Source: a virus
Lineage: Duplodnaviria; Caudoviricetes
Direction: 5' to 3' (one strand)
Virus record (IMG/VR): IMGVR_UViG_3300021373_001838
Location: 1 to 38,757 of that record
Length of the DNA stretch: 38,757 nt
A program made the translations under genes and the position numbers. Shown in pieces: positions 34,184 to 38,757 of the stretch (its first letter is position 1; the number at the start of each line of letters is the position of its first letter). Below the pieces are notes generated by a model. It ran no database searches. It was given only the letters and a program-made list of their open reading frames with translations, and was not told the DNA's origin.

Positions 34184-34413
34184 TAGAATATACAGTAAGG
34201 GTTTATGACGATGGTACTAAGTATTGGTATCTGAATGGTAAGAAACACCGAGAAGATGGGCCAGCTATTGAACGGGCTAGTGGTTATAAGGCTTGGTATT
34301 TGAATGGGGTACACCTAACAGAAACAGAGTTTAACAACCGTATGGACAAGTCTTGTAGTGGTAAAGTGGTAGAGATAGAAGGTGTTAAATATAAACTAGT
34401 GGAGGTGGTATGA
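34180..34413 (+). CDS. Protein with an HREDGPAIE / WYLNG beta-hairpin repeat unit
   Basis: GTKYWYLNGKKHREDGPAIERASGYKAWYLNG; GGAGG RBS. Confidence 0.8.
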   Translation: MIEYTVRVYDDGTKYWYLNGKKHREDGPAIERASGYKAWYLNGVHLTETEFNNRMDKSCSGKVVEIEGVKYKLVEVV

Positions 34414-34709
34414 AACACGATCAAGAAGTGTACGACAAGGCACGTGATGAAATGCTGGCAGACATGCTAGATTATATATCCGAAGGCTTACTGGCTGAGG
34501 TGTTAGCAGATGAATGGGTGTTAAGCAAGCACCCCGTGGCTTTCGCAGCGGCCCTTCATAACGCCCTGTGTGATTGTCTGGAGGACAGTACAGTAGAGCA
34601 GTACATACGGTATGGTATGGACATCGAAACGCCTGAGGAGACACGAGAGAGACTAGAGGGAGATAGATTGGACGCACTAAGAAAGGAGGGCATTGCTAAT
34701 GGTAACTAA
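34410..34709 (+). CDS. Acidic hypothetical protein (99 aa)
   Basis: GGAGG RBS; ATGA overlap. Confidence 0.75.
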   Translation: MKHDQEVYDKARDEMLADMLDYISEGLLAEVLADEWVLSKHPVAFAAALHNALCDCLEDSTVEQYIRYGMDIETPEETRERLEGDRLDALRKEGIANGN

Positions 34710-34875
34710 AGAAGAAGTAGAGAGAGCTAAGGCTGCTGCTGTTGCTGCTTATGATGCTGCTGTTGCTGCTTATGATGCTGCTGATGCTGCTTATGATGCT
34801 GATACTGTTGAGGCTGCTGATGCTGCTTTTGATAAATACCGTAAACTGAAAGAGGCATTCGAAAATGGTAACTAA
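34699..34875 (+). CDS. Ala-rich tandem paralogue 1 (MVTKEEVERAKA...FDKYRKLKEAFENGN)
   Basis: GGAGG RBS; termini shared with paralogues 2-4. Confidence 0.8.
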   Translation: MVTKEEVERAKAAAVAAYDAAVAAYDAADAAYDADTVEAADAAFDKYRKLKEAFENGN

Positions 34876-35029
34876 AGAACAAGTAGAGAAGGCTAAGGCT
34901 ATTTATGCTAAAGCTGCTGATGCTGATACTATTGCTGCTGCTGCTACTATTGAAGCTGCTATTGCAGCTGCTGACGAGGCTTGGGATAAATATCTTAAAC
35001 TAAAACAAGAGTTTGAAAATGGTAACTAA
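34865..35029 (+). CDS. Ala-rich tandem paralogue 2 (MVTKEQVEKAKA...WDKYLKLKQEFENGN), not in ORF track
   Basis: Manual translation, 54 aa; GAGG RBS. Confidence 0.8.
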   Translation: MVTKEQVEKAKAIYAKAADADTIAAAATIEAAIAAADEAWDKYLKLKQEFENGN

Positions 35030-35219
35030 AGAAGAAGTTGAGAAGGCTAAGGCTGCTGCTAAAGCTGCTGAAGCTGTTTATGAGGCTGCTACTTTTGCTG
35101 TTGATGCTATTTATGCTAAGGCTAAGGCTAAGGCTGCTGCTTTGGATAAGGCTGCTGACAAGGCTTTTGATAAATACGTTAAACTGTATCGGGAGTATGA
35201 CAATGAAAAGGGTAACTAA
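35019..35219 (+). CDS. Ala-rich tandem paralogue 3 (MVTKEEVEKAKA...FDKYVKLYREYDNEKGN)
   Basis: Same junction and termini as paralogues 1-2. Confidence 0.8.
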   Translation: MVTKEEVEKAKAAAKAAEAVYEAATFAVDAIYAKAKAKAAALDKAADKAFDKYVKLYREYDNEKGN

Positions 35220-35355
35220 AGAAGACGTTGATAAGGCTGAAGCTGAATGGCACACTGCTTTTGATGATGATGATGTTGAGAAGGCTGATGCTCGTGCGGC
35301 TTGGGATGAATACGTTAAACTCTGGCAGGAGTTTGAAGATGGAAGTGGAGAGTGA
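35203..35355 (+). CDS. Tandem paralogue 4 (MKRVTKEDVDKAEA...WDEYVKLWQEFEDGSGE)
   Basis: GGAG RBS; homologous termini. Confidence 0.75.
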   Translation: MKRVTKEDVDKAEAEWHTAFDDDDVEKADARAAWDEYVKLWQEFEDGSGE

Positions 35356-35521
35356 ACTACTAGAACTGGGTTATAAATTAGAGTATGGTAAGGGGTGGAT
35401 GGCCTGCGACAGAGGAGAGAAGCCACCAGCAGATGCTAACCACATATATCTTAATGGGTACGCTGACAGGTATGCAAGAGAGCAAGCACTAACCAATCAA
35501 TCACTAATGAACGAGGTATGA
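35339..35521 (+). CDS. Hypothetical protein (60 aa, MEVESELLELGY...)
   Basis: GGAG RBS before ATG 35339. Confidence 0.65.
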   Translation: MEVESELLELGYKLEYGKGWMACDRGEKPPADANHIYLNGYADRYAREQALTNQSLMNEV

Positions 35522-35522
35522 C

Positions 35523-35699
35523 ATGAACAATTCAATAGATCCAATCAATAAAGATGCAGCTAAGGCATGTGCTAAGCCTATCACTGAGCCGCAAGGTTAT
35601 AACTTCGAGCAGTGGTATGCGACAATAGGTTGGAAGCTACGGCCTGATGACGATGATGAAGAGGGTTTAAAGTGTAAAGATAGTGTAAAGATATGTTAA
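35523..35699 (+). CDS. Hypothetical protein (58 aa, MNNSIDPINK...)
   Basis: Manual translation; GAGG RBS. Confidence 0.55.
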   Translation: MNNSIDPINKDAAKACAKPITEPQGYNFEQWYATIGWKLRPDDDDEEGLKCKDSVKIC

Positions 35700-35700
35700 G

Positions 35701-35748
35701 TAGTACCCAAAAACGTGTCAATTTGGACACCTAATATATACAGGGTAT
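35701..35748 (+). promoter_or_regulatory. Candidate phage-specific promoter, copy facing the sigma/replication operon
   Basis: TAGTACCCAAAAAC-N7-TTTGGACACCTAATATATACAGGGTAT. Confidence 0.7.
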
Positions 35749-35844
35749 GTATTTCTACGGAGTAGTAGTGGTATTTCGGACAATTCTTACCAAGCGTTAG
35801 CGCAGGTGAATTCGTCCAGCCATATATAACTAAGAGGGTACAAC

Positions 35845-36405
35845 ATGAAGACGGACAACAACGGTAAGGTAATTGATTTTAGAGACTATGAAGGTAAGGT
35901 AATGAATCTCACTTACGACTATGCCACTACCAAAGAGTATGAACTAGATCATAGTGTAGAGTTTGATGATGTACATCAAGAGGTTATGATTAGTTTCTTC
36001 AATGCAGTTGAGCAGTACGATAGCAGTAAGGGTAGCTTCCCTAGTTTCTTCGAGCTAGTAGCTAACAACCATATGAAGAAGTTTCTAAGATCAATCAGAG
36101 CTAGATACACAGAGAGTTATGATGTACCGATAGAGGAAGCAGTGTTTGAACTAGCACCTGATACGATAGACAACCTAGAAAGAGAGGAAGCAATCAAGAG
36201 TGCTGTATTTAGCACACTATCAGAGAGGGATGGTAATATACTGCTAGAATACTTTGGGGTTGGTGTGCTAGGCGATAAGGGTTTGACACAGCAAGAGTTA
36301 GCACCCAAGTATAAGCTATCAAGAGAGGGCGTAACTAAGGTGATACAGAAAGCGTTAGCTAACCCTGAACTCAAAGCAATACTTCAATCATCGTTCACCA
36401 GTTAG
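35845..36405 (+). CDS. Phage-encoded sigma-70-family RNA polymerase sigma factor
   Basis: Region 2-like DDVHQEVMISFFNAVEQYDSSKGSFPSF...NHMKKFLR; region 4 HTH LSERDGNILLEYFG...LTQQELAPKYKLSREGVTKVIQKAL. Confidence 0.85.
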   Translation: MKTDNNGKVIDFRDYEGKVMNLTYDYATTKEYELDHSVEFDDVHQEVMISFFNAVEQYDSSKGSFPSFFELVANNHMKKFLRSIRARYTESYDVPIEEAVFELAPDTIDNLEREEAIKSAVFSTLSERDGNILLEYFGVGVLGDKGLTQQELAPKYKLSREGVTKVIQKALANPELKAILQSSFTS

Positions 36406-36413
36406 GAGGCAGT

Positions 36414-36563
36414 ATGTACATTGAGCTATTCGAGAAGGTACTAGAGGCAGTGCATGACATACAATCAGAGACAACCAACCACACAGAGCAAGCACTAGCC
36501 TCTGAGATACAGGTGCTAGTCGATGAACTACTAGAGCATTACATACAGGAGGAAAGGGCGTGA
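36414..36563 (+). CDS. 49-aa acidic helical protein (MYIELFEKVLEA...), not in ORF track
   Basis: Manual translation; GGAGG RBS; GTGA overlap with the primase gene. Confidence 0.7.
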   Translation: MYIELFEKVLEAVHDIQSETTNHTEQALASEIQVLVDELLEHYIQEERA

Positions 36564-38215
36564 GCTGCATAGAGAAACTACCTCATAGCTGTGGCAGCAG
36601 TGATGCACTACAGACATTCGAGGATGAAGGGGGAGGATACACAGGCTACTGCTTCGCATGTCACACTTACGTACCCGACCCATACGAGGAAGGCTACACA
36701 CCACCAACAGCTAGGGTTGGAAGGTCAGTGGATGAGATCATGCGGGATGTCCATGAGATACAGGCTGATTGGGGCTGTATGGATCTCTCAGGGCGATGGC
36801 TTGAGGCTAAGGCATTGGACTACTTCGGTGTTAAAGTTGCTGTGAGTGAGACTGATGGCGTTACACCCACACTGGCAGCACTGCCCATCCATAGAGATGG
36901 TAAGTTGGTGAGCTATAAGCTGCGTGATCTGCAAGAGAAACGCATGTTCAGCCTTGGCAATGGTAAGCAACCCGATATGTTCGGATGGGCGCAAGCCGTA
37001 GCTAGTGGAGCACCACGCCTCATCATTACAGAGGGCGAGATGGATGCTGTAGCTGTATACCAAGCACTCAAGAACCTGAGCAAGCCTGAGTATGCAGCAT
37101 TCAACCCTGCTGTCGTGTCTCTCACTAATGGCAGTGGTGGTGCTAAGAAGGAGATCATGCGTCACCTGCCTGAGATCAAGCGTAGCTTCCGTGATGTGGT
37201 GTTAGCTTTTGACATGGACTCAGCAGGTGACAAGGCAGCAGAGGAAGTGTGCAAGATACTGCCCTCAGCTATGCGAGCACACCTGCCAGCTAAGGATGCT
37301 AACGCATGTCTTGATCCAGCCCACTACTTAGGTAAGGCATTAAAGAATGCGGTGATGTTCAAGGCAGCAGTGGCTAAGAACAGCAAGCTAGTGTACGGGA
37401 GCAGCCTCAGAGAGGCAGCACAGCAAGAAGCAGAGTATGGCAAGAGCTACCCTTGGCCTCAGCTAACAGCTCTCACAAGAGGTGAGAGGAAGGGTGAGGT
37501 GTGCTACTGGGGTGCAGCTACTAAGATGGGTAAGAGTGAGATACTCAACGCACTATCAGCTCACAACATACTAGAGCATGGGCAGAAGGTGTTTATGGCT
37601 AAGCCAGAGGAGGCTAATGCCAAGACATACAAGCTATTGGTAGGTAAGGCGGCGGGTAAGATATTCCATGACCCCACTGTACCCTTCGATCACGAGGCAT
37701 TCGAGAAGTATGAGCCTATGATTGGGGATAACGTAGCAATGCTTGATCTGTACCAACACTTGACATGGGACTCAGTGAAGCAGGACATGCTACATGCAGC
37801 AGGAGAGGGGTACACTACCGTCTACCTTGATCCTATAACTAACTTCACCAATCAGGTGAGTGCATCAGAGGCTAACGAGATGCTGATAGCGATAGCAGCA
37901 GAGGCAAGTGCAATGGCACATGACCACAAGCTATCCATTCACTTCTTCTGTCACCTACTGAAGCCACCATCAGGCAGTAAGCCACATGAGAGGGGAGGTA
38001 AGGTGCTGTCCAATCAGTTTAGCGGTAGTAGGGCTATGATGCGGAGCTGTAATTACATGTTCGGTATCGAAGGCGATAAGTCACCAGAGCTGGATGAAGA
38101 CGAGAGAAACATGAGACAGATCGTACTACTAGAAGATAGGGAGTTTGGACAGGTTGGTAGTGTACCCCTGTTCTGGGACAAAAATACTGGTTTATTTACG
38201 GAGGTATCACGATGA
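36560..38215 (+). CDS. T7 gp4-like DNA primase-helicase
   Basis: Zn-ribbon CGSSDA...CFAC, TOPRIM ITEGEMDA and FDMDSAG, KDAN, SF4 helicase GAATKMGKS and SGSRAM. Confidence 0.93.
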   Translation: MSCIEKLPHSCGSSDALQTFEDEGGGYTGYCFACHTYVPDPYEEGYTPPTARVGRSVDEIMRDVHEIQADWGCMDLSGRWLEAKALDYFGVKVAVSETDGVTPTLAALPIHRDGKLVSYKLRDLQEKRMFSLGNGKQPDMFGWAQAVASGAPRLIITEGEMDAVAVYQALKNLSKPEYAAFNPAVVSLTNGSGGAKKEIMRHLPEIKRSFRDVVLAFDMDSAGDKAAEEVCKILPSAMRAHLPAKDANACLDPAHYLGKALKNAVMFKAAVAKNSKLVYGSSLREAAQQEAEYGKSYPWPQLTALTRGERKGEVCYWGAATKMGKSEILNALSAHNILEHGQKVFMAKPEEANAKTYKLLVGKAAGKIFHDPTVPFDHEAFEKYEPMIGDNVAMLDLYQHLTWDSVKQDMLHAAGEGYTTVYLDPITNFTNQVSASEANEMLIAIAAEASAMAHDHKLSIHFFCHLLKPPSGSKPHERGGKVLSNQFSGSRAMMRSCNYMFGIEGDKSPELDEDERNMRQIVLLEDREFGQVGSVPLFWDKNTGLFTEVSR

Positions 38216-38754
38216 AGTATTCAACTAAGAAACCTAAACCGCTGCCATCACTTGAGTATCTAAAAGAGTGCTTTGATTACAACAGCGAGACAGGTGTCTT
38301 AACTTGGAGGGTGCGCCCTCTCGATCACTTCAGTAAGGGCAGCACAGAAAAGATGTGGAACAGCAAGAACAGTGGCAAGGTGGCAGGTAGTTTAAACCAA
38401 GGCTACTTTAAGGTGGGGCTGGATGGCATCAAGTATCAGGTTCACCGACTGTGCTACTACTTAGGGTCTGGGTGTGAGCCACACAATATCGACCACATCA
38501 ATGGATACACAAAGGACAACAGGTTGTCTAATCTTAGGGACGTTGTTCACAAGGACAACATGAGGAACGTGGCCAAGAGAAAGGATAACAAGACAGGGTG
38601 TGTGGGGGTAGGTCGTCACAAACTGACAGGCAGGTGGTATGCAGAACTAGGTAACACACAGTTGGGTACTTACACCGACAAGATAGGCGCTATCTATGCA
38701 AGGTATTGGGCTGAGCGAGATGCAGGCTTTCACGAGAATCATGGGAGAGAGTGA
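38212..38754 (+). mobile_element. HNH homing endonuclease with AP2-like C-terminal DNA-binding region
   Basis: YNSETGVLTW, VHRL...IDHING..KDNRLSNLR, NKTGCVGV. Confidence 0.88.
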
Positions 38755-38757
38755 TGG

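Noticed and set aside
34699-35355. Ala-rich paralogues as DGR template/variable repeats
   Set aside because: No reverse transcriptase in the window, and differences are indels and mixed substitutions rather than adenine-specific
35038-35521. ORF-track entries 35038-35355 and 35228-35521 at full length
   Set aside because: Their Leu-rich N-terminal parts are out-of-frame readings of the GCT repeats; better starts with RBS are at 35203 and 35339

Overview
The window is most of a lytic podovirus-type dsDNA phage genome with two divergent arms. No RNA polymerase, integrase, tRNA or CRISPR array is visible. The minus-strand late arm (about 30535 to 2380) carries, in transcription order: Lys-rich mini-proteins, a holin-like gene, carbohydrate-active receptor-binding proteins, TerS, TerL, portal, scaffold, major capsid, tail adaptor and nozzle, ejection proteins, and a pesticin-type muramidase with membrane proteins. 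The plus-strand arm carries small early genes, a phage sigma-70-family factor, a T7 gp4-like primase-helicase, an HNH nuclease and, at the window start, a class II (B12-dependent) ribonucleotide reductase. The 30.5-31.9 kb non-coding block is probably the genome-end and divergent-promoter region. The layout resembles RNAP-less podoviruses such as Zobellviridae, PaP3/LUZ24 and phiEco32 (inference). Highlights: (1) an unannotated mini-gene between terS and terL resembling only the C-terminal half of ParD-like antitoxins, a candidate antitoxin mimic; (2) a minimal SET-domain methyltransferase-like gene inside the adsorption module; (3) a tandem array of four Ala-rich paralogues joined by a dual-coding junction; (4) a bipartite motif found twice, in front of the late operon and the sigma/replication operon, a candidate phage-sigma promoter; (5) a 44-bp duplication flanking a gene inserted behind nrdJ; (6) a probable ATC start codon. 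All family assignments come from motif recognition by eye; no searches were run.
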